Shown: one piece after another, positions 1-13,600 of the stretch
How the letters are laid out: each line of letters begins with the position of its first letter
Numbering within the stretch: position 1 is the stretch's first letter
Source of the DNA: Squalus acanthias
Lineage: Eukaryota
Length of the DNA: 64,000 nt
Direction of reading: 5' to 3'
Assembly: GCA_030390025.1 (NCBI GenBank)
Contig: CM059433.1
Coordinates: 24,864,001-24,928,000, forward strand
The notes under the pieces: generated by a model
What the model was told of the DNA's origin: nothing
What the model saw: only the letters and a program-made list of their open reading frames with translations
The model's database searches: none
Translations under genes and position numbers: made by a program

Positions 1-109
1 GCTAAATCATCCCAGAATGGCCCGAGATTTGTGTGTGCACGCTTGGCATTTTGGCAGTATCAATGGCTCTTAAGGTGATTTTTCAGGTTGTTCTGGCAGT
101 GTTGTTTTC

Positions 110-555
110 AATTCTGGGCACCACACTTTAGGAAGGATGTCAAGGCCTTGGAGAGAGTGTAGAGATTTACTAGAATTGTACCAAGGATGAGGGACTTCAG
201 TTATGTGGAGAGACTAGAGAAGCTGAGATTGTTCTTCTTAGAGCAGAGAGGTTTAATAGAGGCGTTCAAAAACATGAAGGGTTTTGCTAGAGTAAATAAG
301 GAGAAACTGTTTCCACTGGCAGACAGGTTGGTAACCGGAGGACACAGATTTAAGGTAATTGGCAGAAGAGCCAGAGATGAGATGAAGAGAAATTTTAGTT
401 ATGCAGCGAGTTGTTATGATCTGGAATGCACTGCCTGAAAGGGCGGTGGAAGCAGATTCAGTAATAACTTTCAAAAGGGAATTGGATAAATACTCGAAGG
501 GGAGAAAATTGCAGGGCTATGGGGAAAGAGCAGGGGAGTGGGACTAATTGGATAG
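110..555 (+). mobile_element. CR1 LINE 3' fragment (RT C-terminus + 3' UTR), degenerate
   Basis: Translates to FWAPHFRKDVKALE...MRDFSYVERLEKL...GHRFKVIG, the CR1 ORF2 C-terminal pattern; near-identical subfamily at 42600 and 59640. Confidence 0.85.
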
Positions 556-1854
556 CCACAACTGGAGTATTGCATCCAGTTCTGGTCACCATACTTTCGG
601 AAGGATGTGAAGGCACTTGAGAGGGTGCAGAGGAGATTTACCAGAATGGTTCTGGGGATGGGGGAATCTTCGCTACAAGGACAGGTTGGAGAAGCTGATT
701 TTGTTTTCATTAGAGCAAATGAGGTTGAGGGGTGATTTGATAGAGGTGTACAAGATTATGACGGGTTTGGATAGGCTAGCCGGGGAAAGGCTGTTCCCAC
801 TAGTTAATGGTACAAAGACTAGGGGACACAGATTTAAGGTTTTGGGCAAGAGATACAGGGGGAATGTGAGGAAAAACTTTTTTACGCAGCAAGTGGTGAT
901 GACCTGGATTTTGGGGAAATGGTGGAAGCGGAGACACTCAGGCCTAAAAATTCGGTTGCTTTGCGCCTCCTGTTAGCGCCCTAAGAGGGCGCTAATGGGG
1001 CACAAAGCAACTAGCGCCCGGGCGCGGCGCCGCCATCGCTCCCGCGACATTCAGCGGGAGGGTAGCGGTGGCGGTAACCATTAGCGCCCCGTGGCACTGT
1101 GCTGCCGCGATGACATCATCGCTGTGCGCAGCACCCCGCTCGCGCCCCGGCTGCGATCTTCGGTAGCGCCCCCTGACTTACCACCGGACGCTATGTCCGA
1201 CGGGGTCAGGGGGGGCCTACCTACGGCCAGGGTGGCGCTAATTAAAGACGAGGTGCCGGGCGGCCATTTTTGTTGCTGGCCGCCCGCCAGCACCTGCCCT
1301 TATTGCTGTCCCCGGCCTCCTGACCAGCCCCCCCGCGGCATGCTGGCTGTGCTCCGTGAGCCCGGCATTTCTCTCGAGTGCCGGGCTCTTTTGACGGCAC
1401 TCCGATCCCTGGTGGCCCAGCTGGGCCCCGGGTCGCGCTGCACAAGGTCCCTCCCCTTTAAGAAGGGGAGGAAGGCAGGCAGTACTGCGGCGCAACGTGC
1501 CGCAGCACGTGGCACTGCGGCACGTAGCGCCGCGATATTCCCTCGCAGCGCCCCAAGAGGGAGGCGGGGCACTTCCAGTAGCGCCCCGCTTCTGTCTTGT
1601 GGCGCTACCGATGAATTTCAGCTGTGGGGGTGCTAATTTTTTCAGGCCCGGCGAAGTTAGCGCCCCAAAGGGGGCGCGACTCAATTTTTCCCCCTCAATG
1701 TTTTCAAGGGGAGACTGGATAGGCACTTGAGGGAAATAAACTTGCAGGGCTACGGGGATAGAGCGGGGGAATGGGACTGACTGGATTGCTCTACAGAGAG
1801 CCGGCACAGACTCAATGGGCCGAATGGCCTCCTTCTGTGCCGCTATGACTCTAT
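556..1854 (+). mobile_element. CR1 LINE 3' fragment split by a Harbinger-type MITE (941-1694)
   Basis: LEYCIQFWSP...RLRGDLIEVYKIM...RGHRFK; the CR1 3' sequence resumes at 1695 and ends in the ggccgaatggcctccttctgtg + (ctatgact)n tail. Confidence 0.85.
941..1694. mobile_element. Non-autonomous PIF/Harbinger-like DNA transposon (family B, 754 bp)
   Basis: Imperfect TIRs ggcctaaaaatt / aatttttccccc; 3-bp TSD TCA (938-940, 1695-1697); GC-rich with many subterminal TAGCGCC/GGCGCTA motifs; cleanly interrupts a CR1. Confidence 0.8.
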
Positions 1855-2750
1855 GGGGGAGAAATTCTGTATCGCCCTGTTTGGGGCACAATTATCGGCC
1901 GGGCGGAAAGTTTAACGCCTGGCGTTAAGTTTCGCCTCCGACTGCAAACTTGTCTTCTATCGCCCCTGGAGGTGATTGGAGCGCTAAATCAGGTGCTACA
2001 CACCTCTCTTAAGACGCAAACGCTGAGGGGCGAGGCGCTACCTCAGAGCGCTGGTGAAGCTCATGTAATGTCAGTCAGCAATGGAACACACACACACTGG
2101 CGCCGTCCAGCTCTTAAAGGGGAGGGTCGATCTTGCTCTCCATCCACACTCTGCTCATTGCAGCCTTGAATCTCGGCCTGGAGAGACCTGTACATCAAAT
2201 CTGCTGGAAAGAACAATGGAGAGGCCCAGGGAAAGAGCTCAGAGTGCAGCCCCCAAAGTCTCTTCTAAATCGATGCAAGGAAGGTCAAATCAAAATGAAC
2301 CTGTAAAGTGCTGCTCAGTACCCAAAACTCCTTCACACAGCGTTGAATCTCTCCAGAAGTCTCTCTCTCTCTCTCTCAGAATGCGTGGTGCAAAAATGTC
2401 GCCGACAAAAAAAGGCAGGAAGCGGCCGCCTTTAAATAGCGCTCCCCCAGTCCCTTCCCGACTGCAAAACGCTCCCCTCAACCTGTCGTTGCTAGCGGCA
2501 GGCGGTAAGGCAGGGGCCGCCACTCAATATCTGGTCCGGGGCGCTACCGGGGGCATTGCATGCTCAACTGATGTCACGATCTGCGGGCGCAGGAGATTGT
2601 GGTGGTAGTGCTTAGCGCCGCCGCAAAATGTCTGGTCAATTTTGCTAGCGGCGCAAACATCGCCACACCTGGGCGCTGGTTGCTTTGCGCCCCATTAGCA
2701 CCCCTCTTAGGGCACTAACAGGAGGTGCAAAGCAACCAAATTTTTCCCCC
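1855..2750 (+). mobile_element. Non-autonomous PIF/Harbinger-like DNA transposon (family A, ~895 bp), copy 1
   Basis: TIRs gggggagaaatt / aatttttccccc; TSD TAT (1852-1854, 2751-2753); homologous to 32853-33741 and 37712-38605. Confidence 0.85.
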
Positions 2751-3339
2751 TATGACTGCTGTGTCAAATTAAAATCTTACACCCACAGGTAAGAATTTTA
2801 AACAAAGGATTTTATTTTTTGGGAACAATGGATCAAAGGTGAAAATAATTTGATGGGAAATTACCTTAGAATTTAGCTTTCACTGATGAAGTTATTCTTT
2901 CACAGCATCCAACACAAAATGGATGTTCTAGTTCAATAGCAGCCTAAAATTAGTATGCTACCCTGCATTAACCTGCTCCAAACATCTGTACTTTAATGGG
3001 GAAATGGGGTGATGCACTGGGTTAGGACACTATCCTTTCTGTTTTTCACCTCTGCAATCTATGTTCAGATCGATAGAATGAAAGTGCTGAGAACACAATA
3101 AATTGATTTTTGCTGACCCGATTGAGTCCAATTAGATGCTGACTGAACCAACCAACTATCTAATTGTTTGGACTGATACCTGATGGATGCATCAGAAAAC
3201 AATCTGTTGAGATGAATATAAAGCCACTTTTATGGTAAATATAATAGTGTATTAACAGTCATGAAAAGTATTGGAGTGATTAGGTGATTTGACATTTATA
3301 TGATCTGTTGTGTACTGCAGGGCTATAAATGACCTTGGG

Positions 3340-3740
3340 CAGAAACGCTACCACTTTAAATTAAGGTTCTCATCCTTGTTTTCAAATCCCTCCATGACCT
3401 CGCCCCTCTCTATCTCTGTAGCCTCCTCCAGCCCTACAACCCTCCGAGATATCTGCACTCCTCTAATTCTGTCCCCTTGCGCATCCCTGACTTTAATCGC
3501 TCCACCATTGGTGGCCATGCCTTCTGTTGCCTAGACCCTAAGCTCTGGAATTCCCTGCCTAATCCTCTCTACCTCTCTTTCCTCCTTTAAGATGCTCCTT
3601 AAAACCTACCTCTTTGACCAAGCTTTTGGTCATCTATCCTAATATCCCGTAATGTGGCTCGGTGTCAAATTTTGTCTGATAATGCTCCTGTGAAGTTTTA
3701 CTACATTAAAGATGTTATATAAGTGCAAGTTGTTGTTGTA
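3340..3740 (+). mobile_element. L2 LINE 3' fragment
   Basis: Matches the 3' part of the L2 at 22420-23493 (ctcatccttgttttcaaatccctccatg...), ending in the tataagtgcaagttgttgttg tail. Confidence 0.8.
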
Positions 3741-4477
3741 TTAATCCTGACTGTACATAAATAACATGAAGCTATAAACTAATACTCGGAAACTTGAAAG
3801 ATCACAACTAAGTGTATGACTGATGTTGCAATTTGACACGCTCACTGAAATCCAAATGATATTCAGCATTTGTCAGTTAGAAGTCATCACCAACGACAAC
3901 TCAATTTTTATTCCATTTCAGTGCAGCCTAATAAGATACTTCTCACTCTTTACCTAACAGTTGCTTTGATGTAGCAGTGACACTGTTTTCTTTCACTACA
4001 ATTATATAATTTCACTTTCCCACACTCTTGCTTTTTATTTTGTGCTTTTTATTAGCAACTATCCCCCTCATTATAGTATGGTATGACTTGATACATCTCT
4101 CCCCACCTTCAAGGCTTCCCTAAAACTTACCTTTTTATATGTGTTGTCCGGCACCTCCCTTAAACTCCCCCCCCTTACTTTTGCTTCAGTCTGACACCCA
4201 ATTGTGAATTGCCCTGGAAGTTTTGTTACATTAAAAGCATTATATAAATGCAAGTTGTCGCAGTTTAAGATGTTTTGTTTGTAGCATTGGTTCCAATTCC
4301 CTCCCAATGAAGGAAAAGTCCGGCCATGTCCACTTCTTCGATAACCATGTAAGCATCCACCTTTGAGCTGTGCTGGCTCAGTGATGAGGTCAGGTTTTAT
4401 GGTGCAGGTGCCTGGAAAGTAGGGTTTTTGTTCCCTCCCTGTTCTGAGTTTCTGTAGATATTCCACAGAAACAAACA

Positions 4478-4990
4478 GGCCTAGAAATCAGATTGCACCC
4501 AGAAGTGTGCTCACTGCATGCACCTGTTGGTGTTGTCCCAGGCAGCATGTGATATTCGTGCTGTGTGCTCATTATACAGAGTCAGGCGTGCAGCCAGCGC
4601 TACCTGCACTATTCATTTGCTGCACGGCTGTTTCGGGGGGGCGGGGGGGGGGGAACGGAAATCAGGCGTCTCCGATGCCACTTAAAGGCAGCCAGAACTT
4701 CTTAAAGGAGAGGTGCACTCTGACTACAGACAACAGGAAAGCACGTGAATAGAGACATGGCTGCAGCAAGTACTGAGAGGGCACCAAGGTTTTCAAATAC
4801 TGCACTGGAGGCCCTGGTGCAGGCAGGGACAGGAGGGGACAGAAAGTCCTCCAGCAACACCTCTGCCGCCAGTGGGAAGACATCACAGAGGAGATCAATG
4901 CCAGGAACTGATCTCCTGTGGCATTGCTCGTCGGTGGTCTGGCGTCTGTTGTGATGTTTAAATGCTAAGAAATAGCCATGTTTAACCTGC
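4478..4990 (+). mobile_element. Degenerate Harbinger relic with start of a Myb/SANT-like ORF
   Basis: Begins with TIR-like ggcctagaaat; ATG at 4757 gives MAAASTERAPRFSNTALEALVQ, resembling the N-terminus of Harbinger Myb/SANT-like DNA-binding proteins (R.P.FS..LE.LV). Right end not found. Confidence 0.5.
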
Positions 4991-5204
4991 ATTGTCCTTT
5001 TGAGGCATTTGCTTAGTTACTTCCTGCGGGGAATTGGTACAAACAAGCACAACCTGCAGTCAAGTAGAGACTGATCACTCTGGGAAGTTTCTGTAGATTG
5101 GCTGCTGTTGTAAATCTCTGGCTGATGTTCTTGGGCAAAGGGCATGCTATCAAAGTCAGAAAACCCACTATAGCTCACTGCCTTTCTTCTTAGAATGTAC
5201 TGCT

Positions 5205-5545
5205 AGCATTTTCAGATGGAAGCAAAAGAGTATGAGTTAGAGGAAGCCATGCTCAAACTGTATAGTGTTCTGGTAAGACCGTACCTTGAGTACTATGTCC
5301 ACTGCTGCTTACTGAGGCACAAGAGAGAGACATTTAAATGCTGGAGGCAGTTCAGAGAAGAGTCCTGAGGCTGGTCTCTCGTATAAGGTCTAAGATATGA
5401 GGAAAGATGTGAAACCACAGCTTTTAATATCTTAAAATGACACAATTGAACAGTGATTTTATAGGGATATCGAAGATAGTAAAGAGTATAGAAAAGGTAG
5501 ATCTGGAAAATTCCTTCAAACTAAATTACTCGAGCAGGACAAACT
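5205..5545 (+). mobile_element. Old, highly diverged CR1 fragment
   Basis: Residual ctggtaagaccgtaccttgagtac (LVRPYLEY) and ctggaggcagttcagagaaga (LEAVQRR). Confidence 0.6.
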
Positions 5546-6094
5546 GGACTGTTTTCCTGCAGATTGACTTCAGTATCCATGTTGAAATTTGATAAGGACA
5601 GATAGCTTCCATTTTAACCAATACTGTGTGGAAATAAAGACAGAAATGTTCCTTTTTTCACATGGGACAAAATCTCTGCTTTGGTCACTCAAAGCAAGGA
5701 GTTGTATGTGCCTAACGAGCTCTTTCTTGAAATGCTTCTGTCACTCCCATTTAGTTATTTTGTTTTGTTTACTCCAACTGTTCCCAACTCACTCCGTACA
5801 CAGTTCTTTGACTAAGAGGACATACTTGTTTTCAGGCCCAGTCACCAGAAGCTGTGGTAAAACGGTATTTACTAACTTGTCCTTTAAATTTGTTTCTTTC
5901 CTTCCTTCATGGGCTGTGCCACATGTTCACAGGAAGCTCAGCTGAGATTGGGACTGATTGTGTGGCTTTCACAAGGTAGAACCTACATTGTTTCTTTTAT
6001 ATTGACTGGGGAAGGGGAGATCAGCCAGGTTACTGCTCCTGATTGCTATGACGCAAACATGCAACGTTTGTCTGTATGTGTGTGTCGGAGATGA

Positions 6095-8043
6095 GCAAGA
6101 TTGGGAAATTTTTAAAAACCAGGAAAGGACGACTAAAAAAATGATAAAGAGAGAGAAGATAGCTTATGAGAGTAAGCTAGCAAGAAATATAAAAACAGAC
6201 AGTAAGAGCTTCTACAGATATATAAAAAGGAAGAGAGTAGCTAAAGTAAACGTTGGTCCCCTAGAGGATGAGTCTGGGGAATTAATAATGGGAAACAGGG
6301 AAATGGCGGAAACTTTGAACAAATATTTTCACGGTAGAAGACACTAAAAGCATCCCAATAATGGGTAATCAAGGGGCTATTGGGGTGGGGTGGGGGGGAA
6401 CTTAAAACAATCACTATCACTAGAGAGAAAGTACTAGGCAAACTAATGGGACTAAAGGTGGACATGTCCCCTGGACCCAATGGCCTGCATCCTAGAGTCT
6501 TAAAAGAGGTGGCTGCAAAGATAGTGGATGCATTGGTTGTAATCTACCAAAATTCCCTGGATTCTGGAGAGGTCCCAGCGGACTGGAAAACCGCAAATGT
6601 AAAACCCCTATTTAAGAAAGGAGGGAGACAGAAAGCAGGCAACTATCGACCAGTTAGTCTAACATCTGTCATTGGGAAAATGTTGGAGTCCATCATTAAG
6701 GAAGTGGTAGCAGGACATTTAGAAAATCATAATATAGTCAAGCAGAGTCAGCATGGTTTTATGAAAGGGAAATCATGTTTGACAAATTTGCTGGAGTTCT
6801 TTGAGGATGTAACGAGCAGGGTGGATAAAGGGGAAACAGTAGATGTCGTGTATTTGGATTTCCAGAAGGCATTCGATAAGGTGCCACCTAAAAGGTTACT
6901 ACACAAGATAAGAGCTCACGGGGTTGGGGGTAATATATTAGCATGGATAGAGGATTGGCTAACTAACAGAAAACAGAGAGTCGGGATAAATGGGTCATTT
7001 TCAGGTTGGCAAACTGTAACTAGTGGGGTGCCGCAGGGATCAGTGCTGGGGCCTCAACTATTTACAATCTATATTAATGATTTGGATGAAGGGACCGAAT
7101 GTAATGTAGTCAAATTTGCTGATGATACAAAGATAGGTGGAAAGCAAATTGTGTGGAGGACGCAAAGAATCTCCAAAGGGATATAGATAGGCTAAGTGAG
7201 TGGGCAAAAATCTGGCAGATGGAGTTTAATGTGGGAAAATGCGAGGTTATCCACTTTGGTAGGAAAAATAAAAAAGCAAATTATTATTTAAATGGGGAGA
7301 GATTACAAAATGCTGAGGTACAGAGGGATCTGGGGGTCCTTGTACATGAATCACAAAATGTTAGCATGCAGGTACAGCAAGTAATTAGGAAGGCAAATGG
7401 AGTGTTGGCCTTTATTGCAAAGGGAATGGCGTATAAAAGTAGGGAAGTCCTGTTACAACTGTACAGGGCGTTGGTGAGACCACACCTGGAGTACGACATA
7501 CAGTTTTGGTCTCCTTATTTAAGGGAGGATATACTTGCATTGGAGGCAGTTCAGAGAAGGTTCACGAGGTTGATTCCAGAGATGAAGGGGTTGTCTTATG
7601 AAGAAAGGTTGAGCAGGTTGGGCCTATACTCATTGGAGTTTAGAACAATGAGAGGGGATCTTATTGAAACATATAAGATTCTGAATGGGCTTGACAGGGT
7701 AGATGCAGAGAGGATGTTTCCCCTCGTGGGGGAATCTAGAACTAGGGGGCATAATTTCAAAATAAGGGGGCACCCATTTAAATCGAAATGAGAAGAAATT
7801 TCTTCTCTCGGGTCGTGAATCTTTGGAATTCTCTTCCCCAGAGAGCTGTGGAGGCTGGGTCATTGAATATATTTAAGGTGGAGATAGACAGATTTTTCAA
7901 TGGTAAGGGAGTCAAGGGTTATGGAGAGCGGGCAGGGAAGTGGAGTTGAGGCCAAGATCAGATCAGCCATGATCTTATTGAATGGCGGAGCAGGCTCGAG
8001 GGGCCAAATGACCTACTCCTGCTCCTACGTCTTATGTTCTTAT
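6095..8043 (+). mobile_element. 5'-truncated CR1 LINE; ORF2 RT domain with frameshifts + 3' UTR
   Basis: ORFs 6380-7186 and 7153-7791 carry [42 protein letters not shown]; ends in a (cttatgtt)n tail. Confidence 0.95.
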
Positions 8044-8484
8044 CAGGCTCAGTGTGAAGCGTCTCCCCTGATAACTAGCCTGCTGATACTCAGGGCCTGT
8101 AATTCCCAGTCTCCCACTGTAACTGTGGTAGGAGACCAGCAGAACCCCCCAAAAAACAGTGGTGAACCAGCATGACCAGGGTCTCACTATCCCGGTTCAC
8201 TCACGAACAAAGACCATCTAGTCAAAGTACTGGGATTTTGCTGGCAATTGTGAAGCCATAGCACAATAGTACCCTCAGAAGGGGAAGGTTCAAGAAAATT
8301 GGAATAAGACAATAAAGAACTACAGATTTGAGAGATAAAAGGCAGTGATTTGGATTACTTGGATACAGCTGTTCAAACACAGAGACATTAACCAATCCAA
8401 TAGCTGTTATTTCTGATAAATTGTGCACTCTAGATAGACAAATATTCCATTAGGTGAGGTGAAGGAAAAATACCTACAGATTTT

Positions 8485-9229
8485 GGCCCAGAATTTGCTG
8501 AGAAAATAACGGCTGGTTAAATGCGCACGCTGTTATTAGTGTGTAAAAAATCCAGTAATTTGTGGCAAGGATAAGATGCACCATGAGTTGCGAAGCGTTG
8601 CAAATTGCTCCGCCTTTGGCCTCGCACAAACGGAATCTCGCTGTCAAACTCCCCATGAGTTTCAAGAAATTGCTGCAGTTGCACTGTTAAAAGAAATTAA
8701 ACTCACCGCAGAAAGTAAGGGCTGGTATTTAATGACATAAGGACCCCTTCAATTATGAGATTTTTCTTCCTAAAATGCTACTCCACCTCTTTGGCCCAGA
8801 AAGGGAACAATTGAAACTGTGGAGTCTCACTCCTGCAGGTAGTAAATTGTTCCTCAAGGATTTAAAAATTTAAAATTAATTTTTTTTCTTACTTTTCCTT
8901 TCTGTCACTTTTTTCTATCTCTCTGAATCCAATCTTTCTTTGCCTCTCTTTGTTTCTCTTTCTGTATCCAAATAGACTCTAATTCACCCTATTTCCTTCT
9001 CCATCTTTCCTCTGTTTCTTTCTCCATCCTTTAATCTCATTGGCTAAGGAGATAGACAGTTAGTCTCATTGTTCACCAAGGCCCAAGATTCCCTGTTGAC
9101 CTCGCTGTTCCGTTATCAACTCGCACTTCCAGCAATTTGCGGCGCAAACCTTTTTTGAGCTGAAGGGGGAGGAAAAAAATTCAACTTGCGACATGTCGCT
9201 AGATGCACCGCTCCAGCAAGTTCTGGGCT
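8485..9229. mobile_element. Non-autonomous Harbinger-like element (family D, ~745 bp)
   Basis: TIRs ggcccagaatttgctg / cagcaagttctgggct; reverse-oriented partial copies at 46108 and 46736 and a mini-derivative at 55091. TSD not recognisable. Confidence 0.75.
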
Positions 9230-11712
9230 AAAGTCTTATCCAGCATTGTGCCTCCCAGTGAAGGATCACGGAATGACAGTGGCAACCATTGAGCAACGAG
9301 CCCTTGGTTGGCCTCTGAAGCAGGATGTGGGGTATTGAGCGGCATTGCTTGGAGAGAACGATAGAAAAATGAAAATTTGGAACAAATGAACAAACAATGC
9401 TAATGATGTCTTAGTTTGTAAGAGATACGAAACCTGACCAATGGTAACCACCGCCTAAATTAAACATTGTGTTCTATAGTCACCTGGGCAATGATGTGTA
9501 ATGTGAAGATTAGGGTGTTAGTAATAAAGTAAGATGGGGAACATTTGACAGGCAAATTGTTAGAGAAAGTATATGTGACACAGGAAGTGCAATTTAATAT
9601 ATAATTTTGACAACATCAGTAAAATGGATTTATTTATTTGACGTGTTTCTTACAGACACTTATAGGTATGACTGTATACATTTGTATGTGTATGGGAGGT
9701 AGGTGCACTATCAGTAGTATTGTCTAGTTGCTTTGCAGGAGAAATGCAGTGGTTACATCACAGATTTTGCTACTTAGCTGGACAACTTGGAAGTCTGCAA
9801 CTTTTCCCTGGCTTAGCTCCCACCTCTCTCCTGTGAAACATGATCCTGGCAGTCCCTGTGAAATTCAATGCAATAAAACATCCCACAGGGCAATAACAAC
9901 TGGTGCTTCGGAAATTCCAGGCATAGTCATTCCTTACTTTGAACATTCTGTTTGTTTGTCACCTTATAGGATCCTATAATTAAAAAGCAGCAAACCCAAG
10001 AGTGTTCTGCGATGAAGTCAGTGGTAAGTGTTAATAAGAATCTACTTCAACTAACATTTAACGTTTTAAAATATCAGATACTGTGGAGGCACAGGATTAG
10101 GTAACATTCTGAGTGTGATACAGATCTTTCTGCAGCCGAACCCTGAGCGTGCAGCTGTTGACTGCCCCATAAATGCTATTGATCCTCCTTTGCTGGCTTA
10201 TAGTATTCCAGATAAATTACATTAGAGAGTTACTGCAGATAAATTCATCCTTAATATAAGTTATTTCTAATGCATTAATGCATAGCCTACTGAATCTCCC
10301 CATAACACACAGCTAAATCTAATATTAAATGCTAGAAATCAAATCAAATTATACACTTCCATCACGAGGCTTAGTAAAAACTTTATAACAGAATTGTAGT
10401 TGGTTTATGCAACAGTTTCACCCAAAGGAGTCTTTTTCCAAGCAAAGTGCATTGTCGTGTGCTTCTTAACCCAATGCAGACCAGATCCGCAACTCAGTTA
10501 ATTAATGTTTCAGTTACTGTTGACATTTGTTACGAAAGTTAGGGTTACATACAAATTGAATATATAAAGAGGGACCATCCTGCAGCAGACTACTTTCGCT
10601 GCAGTTACAGGCATTGTAATAGCCATGTTGGAATTGGTTAATTTAAACATTGTTCATCATGCGAGAGGGATTAGAAATATAAACAGCAGCTTAAGAAACT
10701 CTAAATGTATCCATTCAAATCGGGATGATAGAATAACGCCAGACCTAGCAGTTGTGCAAACTGATTACTATGTTAAATGGTGGATTTTGCGAAGGTAGCA
10801 CTAATAGGATTGGCTTGTGTTCAGGCCATTGTTATTATAAATAACTGGTAGATTGCTGTGCCGTTGCACATGGATTTATGGAGTTTGGGCTAATACCTCT
10901 CTCCACTGCGGCTTCTGGTGGGCACTGTTCAGTGCCGCTACTTTAGATTTCAGCCCAGTAGCCAACAATACCCAACATTGCAGCCTCAGCAAACTAAAAG
11001 CCTATCGTCTCCTGTGAGCTTTACTCTGCTCTTCAATGGAACCTCTTGTAATAGTGGTTGATGAGTGGAAGCAGGTTTTGCAGCAGTTTATGATTTACGT
11101 TACGCAAGGTCTTCCACCTTGCAATCTCTTTTGTAACCTTTTGAATGTCATGGCCTTGCTAATGCACACACCAGTTTTGTAAAATAATTGCTGCACGGTC
11201 TAGTTCACAATGCTAAGTAAATACTGGACCGAAACTTCGCCACCAATCAAATCCACTTAGTTTTGGCCTCTGCCTTGCCACCTCGCCCTCTTTAAAAACT
11301 TTCTTAAAACTCACCTTTTTGACAAAACTTTTGGACGCTCAGCCTGAACTCTTCCTTCCTGGCTCAATTACTATTTGTGAAGCCCCTTGGGATGTTTTGT
11401 TACATTAAAAGCACGAGATAAGTACAAGGTATTGTGACAGATTTTTAGTGGGGAGATCAAAATTGTTAATCTTCTTAACATCATGTACTAAAGATGTAGA
11501 ATGTACTGGCTGTCAGCATATGCACTGACCGGCAGAAGTCACTGCCCAAAGCTAAATAACCCCACCACGTACAACTAAAGCAGTATAAATGATATTAAAA
11601 AAAAGCATATGCCATGGACTGATTTCAAAACTGTAATTTGTCTTTGGGTTCAGAGCTATAAATTCATCAGGCTTCTCACTACCACTAGTGTCTTGAACCC
11701 CTTGATTAGATT

Positions 11713-12008
11713 CAACAACAACAACAACTTGTATATATAGCGCCTTTAACGTAGTAAAACGTCCCAAGGGCACTGCACAGGAGTATTTTAAAACAACAAA
11801 TTTGACACCGAGTCACATAAGGATAAATTAGGGCAGGTGACCAAAAGCTTGGTCAAAGAGGTAGGTTTTAAGGAGCGTCTTAAAGGAGGAAAGAGAGGCA
11901 GAGAGGTTTAGGGAGGGAATTCCAGAGCTTGGGGCCGAGGCAACAGAAGGCACGACCACCAAAGGTTGAGCGATTATAATCAGGGATGCTCAAGAGGGCA
12001 GAATTAGA
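11713..12008 (-). mobile_element. L2 LINE 3' fragment
   Basis: Reverse complement of the L2 3' end; (caa)n tail then cttgtatatatagcgcctttaacgtagtaaaacgtccc. Confidence 0.8.
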
Positions 12009-12639
12009 TTCCTGCTGTACATGACTCGGAACCTGCCCATTATCTTTTACCATGCTCCAATTTTCTCTCCTCCTCTCCTGAAGGCGCTGACTGATGCTGG
12101 GATACAGTTCCATTGGTTCTCACTGCCCTCTAGTACTTTGCTCAAGTGGTAATTCTTAATGCAAGCACAAGACTGCCAGTCTTATAATGGGCAGCATCAC
12201 AGCTGAGGCCAATCCTGCCCTCATTTGATATTCAACACATGTGATTTTCTCATCGGAGTCACGGGATGACTGATGCTTTTTTCCTCTACCAAGTCCAGGA
12301 ATGGTGAGGTCAGTTGGAACACCCCACTGCTACTCCAGCTGAGCTCAGCTTACTATGTACAGACCAGAGATCAAACTTGGGACCTTCCCTTGATTATTGT
12401 ATTTAAAATCTGCAGCACCTTCTCCAAAGCAAATAATTTCACAACAGGGGGAATTAACCTCTTCCTTTGTCCAAATGAATAGCGAATTCCCATTGCAGCC
12501 TTTTTATCTATTGAGAAATCCAGGTGAAAGGCCAAGGCTCATAGTGCAGGACTTGACCAAGATTGAAAAGTGTCGGAGAGAAGATAAAGCAGATTGGAAG
12601 CTTTAAAAAAAAAATTGTTCACAGATGTGAGCAACAGTG

Positions 12640-13600
12640 GCAAAGCTGCATTTATTCTCCACCCCTACTTGTCCTGAGAAGGTGGTGGTGGGCTTTATGG
12701 ACCCTTAAACTTCTGCAGTCCCTGTGGCCCTTAAAATGGTACGAGATAGGGAATTCCAGGATTTTGACCCAGCAACAATGAAAGAATGGCGGTATATCTC
12801 CAAGTCAGGATGGTGTGTGAACTGGAGGGGTGCTGGTGGTGTTCTCACAATATTGCTGTCTTGGTGGTTGTGGGGCTGGGAGGTGCTGTCAAAGTAAGCT
12901 TAGAGAGTTGCTGCAGTGCATCGTGTAGATAATATATACTATCGCCACAGTGTGCTGGTTATGAAAAGGCAGATATTGAGTAAAGTGGCAGCGGCACTGA
13001 TTACACAGACTGCTCTGTCCTTGAGTTTTGTTGCAATTGCGCCCATCCAGGTGAGTGGCCAGTATTCTAACCACTTCTCACTTGACCCTTGTAGATGGTG
13101 GAGAGGCTTTGACAGGTCAGGAGATGAGCCATTTATCAGAGAGTACCCAGGCTTTGCCTTGCTCTTGTAGCCATGCAGCTGACATGGCTGGTACAGTTCG
13201 ATCACGACTGACTCCCAGATAATTGATTGTTCCGTAAAGGTCAGGGAGAGATGGTTGGAATTTCTCTTGCTGGAGATGGTCATTACCTGGCACTTGTGTG
13301 GCATAAATTTTACACACCAGTGCAAGCTTAGATATTGTTTAAGTCCTGCTGTAGGCTGGCCTGTGCTGCTTCATTACTGAAGGAGTTGTGAATGAAGCTG
13401 AACACTGGAATCATCAGTTCTACTCTACTCTATTCCTGATGGGGTATGATGGCGAGAAGGTCATTGATGAAGCAGCTGAAGTTGGTTGGGTTAAGGTTGC
13501 TGCCCTAAGGATCTCTGGCAGTGATCCCCTGGAGCTGCGTTGATTGTTCTCTAACAACCGCAACCGTCTTCCTATCAGGTTTGACTACAACCACTGTGAA
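12640..13600 (-). mobile_element. Degenerate non-LTR retrotransposon 3' portion (family with 'TVAAVCTIYKMHC' C-terminus)
   Basis: Homologous to 52780-53633 and to the flanks of the 18952-22038 array; residual WCVKFMPHKCQVMTIS RT C-terminal motif. Confidence 0.7.

Noticed and set aside
1081..2608. GC-rich CpG-island-like region with 150-217 aa ORFs
   Set aside because: Lies within TIR/TSD-bounded non-autonomous transposons; ORFs are not preserved among the three family A copies.
9340..9450. Possible MLIP first coding exon (KNENLEQ resembles NKNLEE; donor-like atg|GTAACC)
   Set aside because: Stops in all frames and no ATG-to-donor open frame; similarity too short.
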